From NCBI GenBank assembly GCA_964455285.1, contig CAYVVG010000008.1, forward strand, positions 1,595 to 65,594: DNA of 64,000 nucleotides, given 5' to 3'. The stretch comes from an uncultured Prolixibacteraceae bacterium. GTDB taxonomy: Bacteria > Bacteroidota > Bacteroidia > Bacteroidales > FEN-979. The notes beneath the pieces were generated by a model, which was given only the letters and a program-made list of their open reading frames with translations, did no database searches and was not told the DNA's origin. The position numbers and the translations under genes are program-made. Below, one piece after another: positions 17,152 to 26,373 of this stretch (the stretch's first letter is position 1; each line of letters begins with the position of its first letter).

Positions 17152-18105
17152 CTACCAGGGTAAATGATCCAGGTCGACATTGCCGCCGGACAGGATAATG
17201 CCGATCCGTTGTCCGCGGGTCTCTACCTTCCCTTCCATCAGCGCGGCCAGGGGGACGGCCGACGAAGGTTCTGTCAGTATCTTCATCCGTTCCCAAAGAT
17301 ATCGCATGGCCTGAACAATACCCTCTTCCGTAACCGTCACGATGTCGCTGACATGTTGGAGGATGATGGGAAAGGTCAGGCTGCCAAGCGAAGTCCGCAG
17401 TCCGTCGGCGATCGTGTCGGGGGCGACCGATGGCACAAATTCCCTCCGATGGAAAGAAAGGAAGGCGTCGTTGGCTTTTTCCGGTTCCGCCGCGATCACG
17501 CGGGCTTCCGGCATGAAATGGCGGACTGCCAGTGCAGTTCCGCTGAGCAGTCCACCGCCTCCGACGGGAGCCATCACCCTGTCAAGCCGCGGGACTTCGC
17601 CGATCAGTTCCAGGGCGGCAGTTGCCTGCCCGGCGATAATGCGAAGGTCGTTATAGGGGTGTATCTCCATGGCTCCGGTGGCCGCAATCACCCGGGCCAG
17701 GGTCGTTTCCCGGGCTTCGAGGGTGGGTTCGCATAAGGTGATCCTGCCCCCGTACTCCTCAACGGCAGCGATCTTCACCCGTGACGAGTTGGAGGGCATG
17801 ACCAGGTAAGCCGATGTGCCGGCCAGGGAGGCGGCCCTGGCCAGGGCCTGCGCGTGATTGCCCGACGAATGGGTCGCCACACCCCGGGCCAGCTGGTCAC
17901 GGGTAAGGGAAAGCACGGCATTGGTTGCCCCGCGTGATTTGAATGCACCGGCTTTCTGGAAGTTCTCACATTTGAAGAAGATCTCCGCCCCGAACCGCCG
18001 GTTAAGGGTCTCTGACGTGAGAACCGGTGTATGGTTGACCGAAGGCCGGATCCGTGCGGCGGCTTCGAGGATCGTTGCGGCACCGATGGGGGGGAGGTCA
18101 TTCAT
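17152..18105 (-). CDS. PLP-dependent threonine/serine dehydratase family enzyme (serine racemase / threo-3-hydroxyaspartate ammonia-lyase-like)
   Basis: FKCENFQKAGAFKSRGA contains the PLP lysine, and GGGGLLSG is the glycine loop. I chose the start at ATG 18105 (MNDLPPIG...). It overlaps the upstream phosphatase gene by 8 nt. Confidence 0.78.
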   Translation of the reverse strand: MNDLPPIGAATILEAAARIRPSVNHTPVLTSETLNRRFGAEIFFKCENFQKAGAFKSRGATNAVLSLTRDQLARGVATHSSGNHAQALARAASLAGTSAYLVMPSNSSRVKIAAVEEYGGRITLCEPTLEARETTLARVIAATGAMEIHPYNDLRIIAGQATAALELIGEVPRLDRVMAPVGGGGLLSGTALAVRHFMPEARVIAAEPEKANDAFLSFHRREFVPSVAPDTIADGLRTSLGSLTFPIILQHVSDIVTVTEEGIVQAMRYLWERMKILTEPSSAVPLAALMEGKVETRGQRIGIILSGGNVDLDHLPW

Positions 18106-18577
18106 GAGGATGTGCGCCGAGGGAAAGTTCTTCCCGTATCTTTCCGCAGGCCAGGTCGAGTTGACGAAATACTTTCTCGAATGCCTCCATGTCGTGATAC
18201 CAGGGATCTTCCACTCCGAGGTTCCGGCCCGGGTAGACGACATTCATCAGGTAATCGATCTTTTCGCGTTCCTCCCGGGTGGAAGCGGCCCGGATGAGGC
18301 GATTGAAATGGGAACTGTCCATGGCGTAAATCCGGTCGAAACGGTCGAAGTCCTCCCGTCGGAAGAGCCGTGCCCGGTGGGTCGAGATATCGATGCCCCG
18401 TTTGGCGGCCACCTTCTGGGCGCGTGGATCGGGTGTGTCGCCGACATGAAACGATTCGAAACCGCAGGAGTCAATGTCGGCGGTGATGCCGCATTGTGCC
18501 AGTTTTTCCCGCAGGATGCCTTCGGCAAGCGGCGACCGGCATATGTTACCGGTACATACGAACAGGATGCTGATCAA
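18098..18577 (-). CDS. low-molecular-weight protein-tyrosine phosphatase
   Basis: 159 aa. VCTGNICRSP matches the CX5R(S/T) P-loop, and a DP motif is present. The start codon is TTG. Confidence 0.85.
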   Translation of the reverse strand: MISILFVCTGNICRSPLAEGILREKLAQCGITADIDSCGFESFHVGDTPDPRAQKVAAKRGIDISTHRARLFRREDFDRFDRIYAMDSSHFNRLIRAASTREEREKIDYLMNVVYPGRNLGVEDPWYHDMEAFEKVFRQLDLACGKIREELSLGAHPHE

Positions 18578-18592
18578 GCGGTGCGAGATTCG

Positions 18593-20029
18593 TTAGATTT
18601 TGATCCTTTTATCCAGTTCTTCCACGAACTGGCGGAACTGTTTGTCGGTCTCAACCAGGTTGTTGACCGTACGGCAGGCATGCAGCACAGTGGCGTGGTC
18701 TTTATTCCCGCAGTGCAGGCCGATGCTGGCCAGCGACGATTTGGTATGCTTTTTCGAGAAGTACATGGAAAGCTGCCGTGCCTGAACGATCTCGCGTTTC
18801 CGGGTCTTGGAGTAGATCATATCGACCGGAATGTTGAAGAACTCGCACACGACCTTCTGAATGTAGTCGATGGAGACTTCGCGGGAGGTGTTCTTCACGA
18901 ACTTGTCGATCATCTGCTTGGCCAGGTCGAGCGTGATGGTCTTTTTATTGAGCGACGACTGTGCCAGCAGGCTGATCAGGGCTCCTTCGAGTTCGCGGAT
19001 GTTGGTGTTGATGTTGTAAGCGATGTATTCGATCACTTCGGCCGGGATCTCGATCCCGTCGTTGTATAATTTTTTGTGCAGGATGGCCATCCGGGTCTCG
19101 AGGTCGGGTACCTGCAGGTCGGCCGACAAGCCCCACTTGAACCGGGACAGGAGGCGGGGTTCGATGCCCTTCATTTCCACCGGTGGCTTATCGGAGGTGA
19201 GGATGATCTGGTTGCTCTTTTGGTGCAGGTGGTTGAAAATATGGAAGAAGACATCCTGGGTCTTCTCCTTTCCGGCCAGGTTGTGGATGTCGTCGAGGAT
19301 CAGCACGTCGATCATCTGGTAGAAATGGATGAAATCGTTCTGGTTGTTGTTCCTGACGGAATCGATGAACTGGTTGGTGAACTGGTCGGTCGTTACATAA
19401 AGGACCGTCTTCTCGGGAAAATTGTTCTTTACCTGCAGCCCGATGGCATGCGAAAGGTGGGTCTTACCCAGCCCCGTGACACTATATATAAGGAGTGGGT
19501 TGAAAGCGGTTTTGCCCGGGTTGCCGGCAATGGCAAAACCAGCCGAGCGGGCCAGCCGGTTGCAGTCGCCTTCGATGAAATTTTCGAAAGAGTAGCTCTC
19601 GATAAGCTGGCTGTTGATCTTGATCTTCTTCAACCCGGGAATGATGAAGGGATTCGGGATCTCCTTGGAGGCGCCTCTGTTCAGATCGATGGGCATGGAC
19701 ACGGGTTGATTTACAGTTGCTTTCTTTTCACCTGTGGGCACATGGATCGTATAAGGACCCGGTTCGGTGTCGCTGTTGTCGACAATGATGCTGTATTCCA
19801 GCCTTCCTTCATTTCCGAGTTCCTTCCGGATCGTTTTCTTAAGCAATCCGATGTAATGCTCCTCGAGCCACTCATAAAAAAACTGGCTCGGGACCTGTAT
19901 GGTCAGAACATGGTCCTGCAAACGGATGGCTTTTATCGGAAGAAACCATGTTTTGAAACTCTGGTAGTTGATATTATCTTTAATAACCTTCAGGCAATTT
20001 CCCCAAACTTCAACTGCGCTCTTTTCCAT
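18593..20029 (-). CDS. dnaA: chromosomal replication initiator protein DnaA
   Basis: 478 aa. GLGKTHL is the AAA+ Walker A and LILDDIH is Walker B. The C-terminal DnaA-box binding helix region is IGLHCGNKDHATVLHA. Confidence 0.96.
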   Translation of the reverse strand: MEKSAVEVWGNCLKVIKDNINYQSFKTWFLPIKAIRLQDHVLTIQVPSQFFYEWLEEHYIGLLKKTIRKELGNEGRLEYSIIVDNSDTEPGPYTIHVPTGEKKATVNQPVSMPIDLNRGASKEIPNPFIIPGLKKIKINSQLIESYSFENFIEGDCNRLARSAGFAIAGNPGKTAFNPLLIYSVTGLGKTHLSHAIGLQVKNNFPEKTVLYVTTDQFTNQFIDSVRNNNQNDFIHFYQMIDVLILDDIHNLAGKEKTQDVFFHIFNHLHQKSNQIILTSDKPPVEMKGIEPRLLSRFKWGLSADLQVPDLETRMAILHKKLYNDGIEIPAEVIEYIAYNINTNIRELEGALISLLAQSSLNKKTITLDLAKQMIDKFVKNTSREVSIDYIQKVVCEFFNIPVDMIYSKTRKREIVQARQLSMYFSKKHTKSSLASIGLHCGNKDHATVLHACRTVNNLVETDKQFRQFVEELDKRIKI

Positions 20030-20378
20030 TAACTGATCGATCCTGAGTAGTTAAACTGTTCTTTTGCATCTTAATGATTTTCAAGCTATTGGGATTTGCC
20101 TGCAAGCGAAAATCCCCCGTTGAAGGGCTGTCGTATTTAATTAACAAATGTTTGAAAAAAAAGTGAATAAAAAAAACATTTTACCCTTGATTAATAAAAT
20201 ATTTTGTCTTAACAGAAATGCGCCCCTCACCGGAGGACGCGAGAAACGACTGTATCTGATAGCAAGCGATCTTTCAGCAAGTTGAACCTTGTCATGGCAC
20301 AGTTCGGGACGGTTGTTTGGAATATTTCCATATAAGGTCGATCTTATCAATCAAATACTTAGCATTCAATCCGGGATC

Positions 20379-21029
20379 TTAATTGTTATACGGACTTGAT
20401 ATAAATTGTGAACCGTCGGGTTCCGTCCGGGTCAGTGTGATGCTGCGCAACTTCGCGAAGCGGCTCCCGACCCGTTCTGCAAGTCCCTGCCTGATGCTGA
20501 AGCCGATCATGCACCGATCGGAGGCCTCCTGCCCGGAGATCCGGGCCCCTTCTTCCTTGAGGATCCTCATGACTTCGTTCATCAGCGGGTATCCGAATTC
20601 GACCCGGTAGTGGTTTCTGAGCACCTTTTCGACAACTGTCGCCTGCTCGAGTGCTTCGCGCGCCGCCGTTCTGTAAGCATGGATCAATCCGGGAACACCC
20701 AGTTTGGTTCCTCCGAAGTACCGGATCACCACCACCAGCGTGTCGGAGATCCCCTTCGACAACAACTGGCCATAAATGGGTTTTCCGGCCGACCCCGAAG
20801 GTTCCCCGTCGTCGTTAAACCGGTAAATCCCTCCGCCGGGGCCCAGCCGGTAAGCGAAGCAATGATGGTTGGCATCGTGGTAGGCCTTCCGCAGTTCGTC
20901 CAACCGGGCCTTCACCTCCTCCTCCGACTCCACGGGCAACGCCACTCCGATGAATTTGCTGGCCCGGTCGCGGAACACTCCGCGCGACTCCGACCCAATC
21001 GACAAATATGAATCTCCCGGCGTCTGCAT
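20379..21029 (-). CDS. yigZ: YigZ / IMPACT-family protein (UPF0029)
   Basis: 216 aa. KFIGVALPV...AYHDANHHCFAYRLG...DDGEPSGSAG...GGTKLG are typical IMPACT_N motifs. Confidence 0.8.
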   Translation of the reverse strand: MQTPGDSYLSIGSESRGVFRDRASKFIGVALPVESEEEVKARLDELRKAYHDANHHCFAYRLGPGGGIYRFNDDGEPSGSAGKPIYGQLLSKGISDTLVVVIRYFGGTKLGVPGLIHAYRTAAREALEQATVVEKVLRNHYRVEFGYPLMNEVMRILKEEGARISGQEASDRCMIGFSIRQGLAERVGSRFAKLRSITLTRTEPDGSQFISSPYNN

Positions 21030-21063
21030 CGCAGCGAAGATACTTTTATTTTACCTTCGCCGC

Positions 21064-21942
21064 ATGGATACCGGTGCCCGAAATGTCAGAAAAATGGTTG
21101 GCAGTTTCCGCCAGCGTCTGGCGGGCATCCATTCGGACCGGGAGATCATCCAGTTTCTTTACCTGCTGTTTGAAAAGTGGATGGGTTGGCCGAAGGCTGA
21201 GGTCCACCTGCACTACGACCTGGTGCCGGGTCGCAGGGAACAGGATCTTTTCGAGGATGCCTTGTCGCGGCTGGAAAAGGGAGTCCCGGTGCAATACGTA
21301 CTGGGAGAGGCGGCTTTCGACGGTTACACGCTCCTGGTCGATCCCCGCGTCCTCATTCCCCGGCCTGAAACCGGGGAACTCTGCGACCTGGTGCGCGGCG
21401 ACCTGGCCGGTTCGGCCAACGCATCCCTTTCCATCCTCGATGTGGGCACCGGTTCAGGTTGCATCGCACTCTCGATGGCACGCAGTTTTCCCGGGGCATC
21501 CGTGACAGGTGCCGACATCGACCCCGGAGCCCTGGCCGTCGCCGCAGGGAACGCCTCCCTGAGCCCGAACCCGGTGACGTTCATCAGGGCCGACATCCTG
21601 GACCCGGCCTGCAACAGCCTGCGCGGCCCTTACCACCTGATCATCAGCAATCCGCCCTACGTGCCGGAATCGGAGCGCGAAGAGCTGCAGAGAACGGTCG
21701 TCGGTTACGAACCGGGTCATGCCCTCTTCGTTCCCGACGACGACCCTGTTCTTTTTTACCGGGCTTTGGCCTCCTTCTCAGCCGGACACCTTTTCCCGGG
21801 AGGCTGGCTTTTTCTCGAGATCCACGAACGGTTCGGAAGTGAGGTTGTGGCTGTGGTAACGGCAGCCGGATTGACGGAGGTGAGGATCCGAAAGGATTTT
21901 CAGGGGAAAGACCGGTTTGTCAGCGCACGAATGCCCGGATAA
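21064..21942 (+). CDS. prmC: peptide chain release factor N5-glutamine methyltransferase
   Basis: LDVGTGSGCIA is the SAM-binding motif and IISNPPYV is the catalytic NPPY motif. The start is ATG 21064 (alternative 21094). The ORF-track start at 20950 would overlap yigZ. Confidence 0.85.
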   Translation: MDTGARNVRKMVGSFRQRLAGIHSDREIIQFLYLLFEKWMGWPKAEVHLHYDLVPGRREQDLFEDALSRLEKGVPVQYVLGEAAFDGYTLLVDPRVLIPRPETGELCDLVRGDLAGSANASLSILDVGTGSGCIALSMARSFPGASVTGADIDPGALAVAAGNASLSPNPVTFIRADILDPACNSLRGPYHLIISNPPYVPESEREELQRTVVGYEPGHALFVPDDDPVLFYRALASFSAGHLFPGGWLFLEIHERFGSEVVAVVTAAGLTEVRIRKDFQGKDRFVSARMPG

Positions 21943-21950
21943 GTCCTGGT

Positions 21951-22634
21951 TTACCCGATGCCGCCACCGGGATAGCGATTGCCGAACAGGATCGTACCCA
22001 GGCGCACCAGGGTGCTGCCTTCTTCGACCGCGATCAGGTAATCGCCCGACATTCCCATCGACACGGTGCGAAAGGATCCCTCCCCGGGGAAAAACTCATC
22101 GCGGAATTCGCGGAAATAAACGGCGAGTTGCCTGCATTCCTGCCGGATCAGCCCGGAATCGCCGGTAAAACTGTTCATCCCCATCACACCTGTGATGCGG
22201 ATGTGCTCCAGGGTGCGGAACTCAGGAGAGGAGAGAAGCTCGCGGGCTTCGCAGGCCGAAAGTCCGAACTTGGTCTCTTCGGTGGCGATGTGGAACTGAA
22301 GCAGGCAGTCTATCCTGCGGCGGTTCTTCCCGGCTTCCCGGTCGACCGCTTTAAGCAGGCTGAGGCTGTCGATGCTGTGGATCAACGTGATGAACGGGGC
22401 AATTTGCCTGATCTTGTTTGATTGCAGGTGCCCGATGAAATGCCATTCGATGTCGGATGGGAGGGAGGGACGCTTTGCAACCAGTTCCTGGACCTTGTTC
22501 TCGCCGAAAATCCGCTGGCCGGCGTCGTATGCCTCCCGGATGACCGTCACCGGCTGGGTTTTCGACACGGCCACCATCTCCACCCGGGCCGGCAGCGACC
22601 GGCGCAAATTACGGATGTTTTCGGCAACGGACAT
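21951..22634 (-). CDS. yggS: YggS-family pyridoxal phosphate homeostasis protein
   Basis: VAVSKTQP contains the PLP lysine and HFIGHLQSNK is present. I set the start at ATG 22634 because the -7 box at 22655-22662 leaves the ATG at 22652 too close to, or upstream of, the expected TSS. Confidence 0.82.
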   Translation of the reverse strand: MSVAENIRNLRRSLPARVEMVAVSKTQPVTVIREAYDAGQRIFGENKVQELVAKRPSLPSDIEWHFIGHLQSNKIRQIAPFITLIHSIDSLSLLKAVDREAGKNRRRIDCLLQFHIATEETKFGLSACEARELLSSPEFRTLEHIRITGVMGMNSFTGDSGLIRQECRQLAVYFREFRDEFFPGEGSFRTVSMGMSGDYLIAVEEGSTLVRLGTILFGNRYPGGGIG

Positions 22635-22654
22635 GGGAGGGTGGTTTATCATGA

Positions 22655-22662
22655 CAAAAGTA
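22655..22662 (-). promoter_or_regulatory. -7 promoter box TACTTTTG for yggS
   Basis: Exact motif on the minus strand, 20 nt upstream of ATG 22634. Confidence 0.45.
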
Positions 22663-22689
22663 CGGTTTTGACCGTACGTCGCTGCAACG

Positions 22690-22697
22690 TACCTTTG
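22690..22697 (+). promoter_or_regulatory. -7 promoter box TACCTTTG for the LTA-synthase-family gene
   Basis: Exact motif 13 nt upstream of ATG 22711. Confidence 0.45.
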
Positions 22698-22710
22698 CAT
22701 TTTTTCCGGG

Positions 22711-24567
22711 ATGCGAAAGATACCGTTTTCTTTACTGAGGCAGTTCCTTTTCTGGATCCTCTTCTTCGACCTGACACGGTTAATCTTCATCGCCTGGCAT
22801 CTGCCGATCTTACGGGCCGAGAAGATCGGGGCGGGGGAGGTGGTCGGTATCTTTATCCATTCCCTGAAACTGGATATTGCTACTGCATGCTATTTCCTGC
22901 TTATACCCTGGCTGATCAGCCTCGTCCAGTCGGTATGGAGCCGTCGGTGGCTCGATACCCTCAACCTGGTATACAGTTCCGTCATGATTACCGCCTACAG
23001 CCTGACCATGGCCGGAGAGATGGGCATTTATGCCGAATGGAAAACCAAGCTCACGTATAAAGTCCTCAAGTACTTCAACCATCCCGGCGAAATCTTCAAT
23101 TCGGCCGAAACGGGGACGTTCTATCTTCTATTCATGATATTTTTGATTACCGGAATTGCAGGGATCGTGGCGTACGTGAGGATCTTTTATCTGAGGGTCC
23201 ATGGAACCGCCCGGAACCTCTGGTTCACCCTGATATTCCTGGTTGCGGCCCCCGTGCCCCTTTTCATTGGGATGCGCGGAGGCATTCAGCAGATCCCCAT
23301 CAACCAGAGTGAGTGTTATTTCTCCGATCACAACATCCTGAACATTTCGGCGGTGAACAACATGTTCAACCTGTACATCAGTGTATTTGAGAACCTGGCG
23401 AATTTCGATCACAATCCCTATGTTTTCATGGGCCGGGAGCAGGCCGGGAAGATCATGCACTCGATCTACCGGGGAAAGGATGATACGGTGGCCAGGGTGC
23501 TGACCACCGGCCGGCCCAACATCGTGCTGATCATTCTCGAAAGCTGGTCGTCCGACCTCATCGAAGCCCTGGGGGGCGAACCGGGAATAACCCCGGAGTT
23601 CGGGAAACTTGCCGGGAGGGGCATCCTGTTCGACCAGGTGTACGCCTCCGGGTCCCGGTCGGAGCAGGGCATGGCCAGTATCTTCGGAGGATTTCCGGCC
23701 CATCCCGTCAGTTCGATCACTGTTCAGCCCGACAAGTTCGTTAAACTTCCCAGCCTGGTGAGGGTGCTGAAGCAGCAGGGATACAGCAGTGCCTTTTATT
23801 TCGGGGGGCAGCTGATCTATGGCAACATAAAAAGCTACATCATTTTCAACGGATTCGACAGGGTCACTGAGGGTAAAGATTTTCCGGAGAGCCTCCCGCA
23901 GGGAAAACTCGGTATTCACGATGGTCACACCCTGAATTATATGGTCAGGGATGCGGGTACTCTGAAAACACCCTTCTTCGCTTCCCTTTTTACGCTAAGC
24001 ACTCATTCCCCCTGGGATCAGCCCTTTGAAAAGCCGCTGAAATGGGGTGACAACGAGAGGGAATATATCAATGCCGCCTTCTATACCGACCATTGCCTGG
24101 GGGAGTTCATCCGTGCGGCTGAAAAGGAACCCTGGTACCCGGAAACGCTGTTCATCCTGGTGGCCGATCACAGCCACAATTCTTACAGGAACTGGCATCC
24201 CGCCTCGAAGGAGTACCATCGCATTCCCCTGCTGTTTTATGGAGAGGTGATCCGGAAAGAGTTTCGCGGCACGGTCTGCCATAAAATGGGGAACCAGCAC
24301 GACCTGGCTGCGACGCTCCTGGGTCAGCTGTCGCTTTCAGCGAAGGCATTCCGGTACAGCAAAGACCTGCTGAACCCGGGCACCCCCGACTTTGCCTATT
24401 ACACCACCGAAGACGGAATGGGTTGGATCAGGCCATCAGGGTACTTTACCTGGGATAAGGGACCCGATTTCTATTACTGGTGGAGCGATCCGAAACTCCC
24501 CGACAGCATCCGGCAGGAGGGAAGGGCCTACCTGCAGACGGTGTTCGGGGAGTATATGGATAACTAA
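22711..24567 (+). CDS. LTA-synthase / sulfatase-family membrane protein (phosphoglycerol or phosphoethanolamine transferase-like)
   Basis: 618 aa. N-terminal transmembrane helices are followed by an extracytoplasmic alkaline-phosphatase-fold domain (LIILESWSS, TLSTHSPW, ADHSH). Confidence 0.75.
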   Translation: MRKIPFSLLRQFLFWILFFDLTRLIFIAWHLPILRAEKIGAGEVVGIFIHSLKLDIATACYFLLIPWLISLVQSVWSRRWLDTLNLVYSSVMITAYSLTMAGEMGIYAEWKTKLTYKVLKYFNHPGEIFNSAETGTFYLLFMIFLITGIAGIVAYVRIFYLRVHGTARNLWFTLIFLVAAPVPLFIGMRGGIQQIPINQSECYFSDHNILNISAVNNMFNLYISVFENLANFDHNPYVFMGREQAGKIMHSIYRGKDDTVARVLTTGRPNIVLIILESWSSDLIEALGGEPGITPEFGKLAGRGILFDQVYASGSRSEQGMASIFGGFPAHPVSSITVQPDKFVKLPSLVRVLKQQGYSSAFYFGGQLIYGNIKSYIIFNGFDRVTEGKDFPESLPQGKLGIHDGHTLNYMVRDAGTLKTPFFASLFTLSTHSPWDQPFEKPLKWGDNEREYINAAFYTDHCLGEFIRAAEKEPWYPETLFILVADHSHNSYRNWHPASKEYHRIPLLFYGEVIRKEFRGTVCHKMGNQHDLAATLLGQLSLSAKAFRYSKDLLNPGTPDFAYYTTEDGMGWIRPSGYFTWDKGPDFYYWWSDPKLPDSIRQEGRAYLQTVFGEYMDN

Positions 24568-24576
24568 TGCGAACGG

Positions 24577-25824
24577 TTATTGCAGCAAATGCACAACCAG
24601 TCCCGAGCGGAGCTTGGGTTCGAACCAGGTGGTCTTGGGAGGCATGATGTTGCCCGAGTCGGCGATGTCGATCAGTTGTTTCATCGAAACCGGGTACAGG
24701 GCAAATGCCGCCTTCATTTCCCCGGAGTCAACCCTCTTCTGCAACTCACCCAATCCGCGGATCCCACCAACGAAATCGATCCGGTTTGAAGTCCGTAAGT
24801 CTTTTATATCCAAAATTTTGTCGAGGACCAGGCGCGACAGGATGGTGACATCGAGCACCCCGATGGGGTCGGCATCGTTGTAGGTGCCTTCCCGGGCAGT
24901 CAGCGAGTACCATTCCCCGTCGAGGTAAAGTCCGAAATTATGCAGGAAGGAGGGCTTGTAGATGCCGGCCCCCTTCTTTTCCACGTTGAACACCGGTTCG
25001 AGTTTCTTCAGAAATTCTTCGCTGGTCATCCCGTTCAGATCGCGAACCACCCGGTTATAATCGATGATGGTCAGCTGGTTATCGGGAAAGTGAACTGCCA
25101 GGAAGTAGTTATACTCCTCGAAGCCGGTGTGGGCCGGGTTGTTCATTCGCTTTTCATTGCCGACCAGGGCGGCTGCGGCGGTGCGGTGATGGCCGTCGGC
25201 GACGTATGTGAAAGGAATGTTCCCGAACAGGGTGACGATCCGGTCGATGATGGGACGGTCGCGGATCACCCAGAAATGGTGCCCGACGCCGTCGACCGAC
25301 ACGAAATCGTATTCCGGTGCGTGAGCGGCAACGAATCCCGCGACCAGCGAGTCGATTTCGGGTACCGCCGGATAGGTGAAGAACACCGGCTCCATGTTGG
25401 CGTTGGTGATCCGCACGTGTTTCATGCGGTCCTCCTCCTTGTCCTTGCGTGTCAGCTCATGTTTGCGGATAATGCCGTTCATGTAATCGGAGACCCCGGC
25501 GCAGCCTACGATGCCGTATTGGGTGCGACCGTTCATCGTTTGGGCATAAATGTACAGCAGGTCTTCGCTGTCGGGCACCAGCCAGCCCTCTTCACGGAAG
25601 CGGTCGAAATTTTCCCTGGCCTTGTCATAGACAGGTTGTGAATGGATATCGACGGTCGGGGGCAGGTCGATTTCCGGTTTGATGATATGGAGCAGTGAAT
25701 AGGGGTTTCCCTTTGCTTCCATCCGGGCTTCGTCGGAATTGAGCACGTCATAGGGCCGTGACGCCAGGTCGCGGGCCAGTGACACGGGGGGACGCAATCC
25801 CCTGAAAGGTTTGAGAATAGCCAT
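24577..25824 (-). CDS. DUF1015 domain-containing protein
   Basis: 415 aa. The N-terminus MAILKPFRGLRP and the internal ADGHHR motif are characteristic of DUF1015. Confidence 0.8.
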   Translation of the reverse strand: MAILKPFRGLRPPVSLARDLASRPYDVLNSDEARMEAKGNPYSLLHIIKPEIDLPPTVDIHSQPVYDKARENFDRFREEGWLVPDSEDLLYIYAQTMNGRTQYGIVGCAGVSDYMNGIIRKHELTRKDKEEDRMKHVRITNANMEPVFFTYPAVPEIDSLVAGFVAAHAPEYDFVSVDGVGHHFWVIRDRPIIDRIVTLFGNIPFTYVADGHHRTAAAALVGNEKRMNNPAHTGFEEYNYFLAVHFPDNQLTIIDYNRVVRDLNGMTSEEFLKKLEPVFNVEKKGAGIYKPSFLHNFGLYLDGEWYSLTAREGTYNDADPIGVLDVTILSRLVLDKILDIKDLRTSNRIDFVGGIRGLGELQKRVDSGEMKAAFALYPVSMKQLIDIADSGNIMPPKTTWFEPKLRSGLVVHLLQ

Positions 25825-25899
25825 AGAAATAGTGAGTTTGTATTGATTTAAGTAAGGGAAAGCGTTGGCAGCAGGTGGCAGTGGTTTTCAGTCCGTGTT

Positions 25900-26325
25900 T
25901 CAGTCGATATTGTCGTCATCATCCGATTCTCCGGGTTTCACACTTCGCTGCAGCGAGCCGATCAGGGCGCCGATCATCTTGGTCATCTCCATCAGGCGGT
26001 TTTTTGATTCGTCGTACTCGCTGTCACTCATGATCCCCCGGCTTTGGGCAATGGTCGAAAGGACCACACATTCACGCACGGAACTTTTGGCCATCTTCAG
26101 GTAATAAACAAACTGGCTTTTGTTCCGCGAAGACCCTTCCGCGATATTCAGCGGAATGCCGAGTGAGGCCGAAAGGAAACGGTCGAATAAGACCCGGAAA
26201 GAGGGGTCTTCTTTTGCCTTTTTTATCATCAGGTGCACCCAGTCGACATATTCGAGCGCCTTGTGGTACACCCTCAGGTCTTCGAATCTGAAGAAAGTCG
26301 CTGGCCTGTCGTGTTCGCTGTCCAT
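25900..26325 (-). CDS. four-helix-bundle protein (23S rRNA intervening-sequence protein / Avd-like family)
   Basis: 141 aa. FEDLRVYHKALEYV...NIAEGSSR...F..YL..A..S..E is the family signature. The C-terminus is an acidic tail, ESDDDDNID. Confidence 0.8.
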   Translation of the reverse strand: MDSEHDRPATFFRFEDLRVYHKALEYVDWVHLMIKKAKEDPSFRVLFDRFLSASLGIPLNIAEGSSRNKSQFVYYLKMAKSSVRECVVLSTIAQSRGIMSDSEYDESKNRLMEMTKMIGALIGSLQRSVKPGESDDDDNID

Positions 26326-26373
26326 AATTCAGTGTATTAGAGATGGATGAATAGAGAAAGTTCCTCCGGCCTG

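Noticed and set aside
17858-20032. Two long plus-strand ORFs (403 aa and 318 aa) spanning the dehydratase / phosphatase / dnaA region
   Set aside because: They are codon-aligned shadows of the phosphatase and dnaA frames and run across gene boundaries. The minus-strand genes have clear conserved motifs and these ORFs have none.
20141-20350. 69-aa ORF in the dnaA upstream spacer, and a possible small RNA at about 20215-20340
   Set aside because: The ORF has no promoter box, an odd composition and no motifs. I could not fold a convincing conserved structure or find a terminator, so no ncRNA call can be supported without comparative or expression data.
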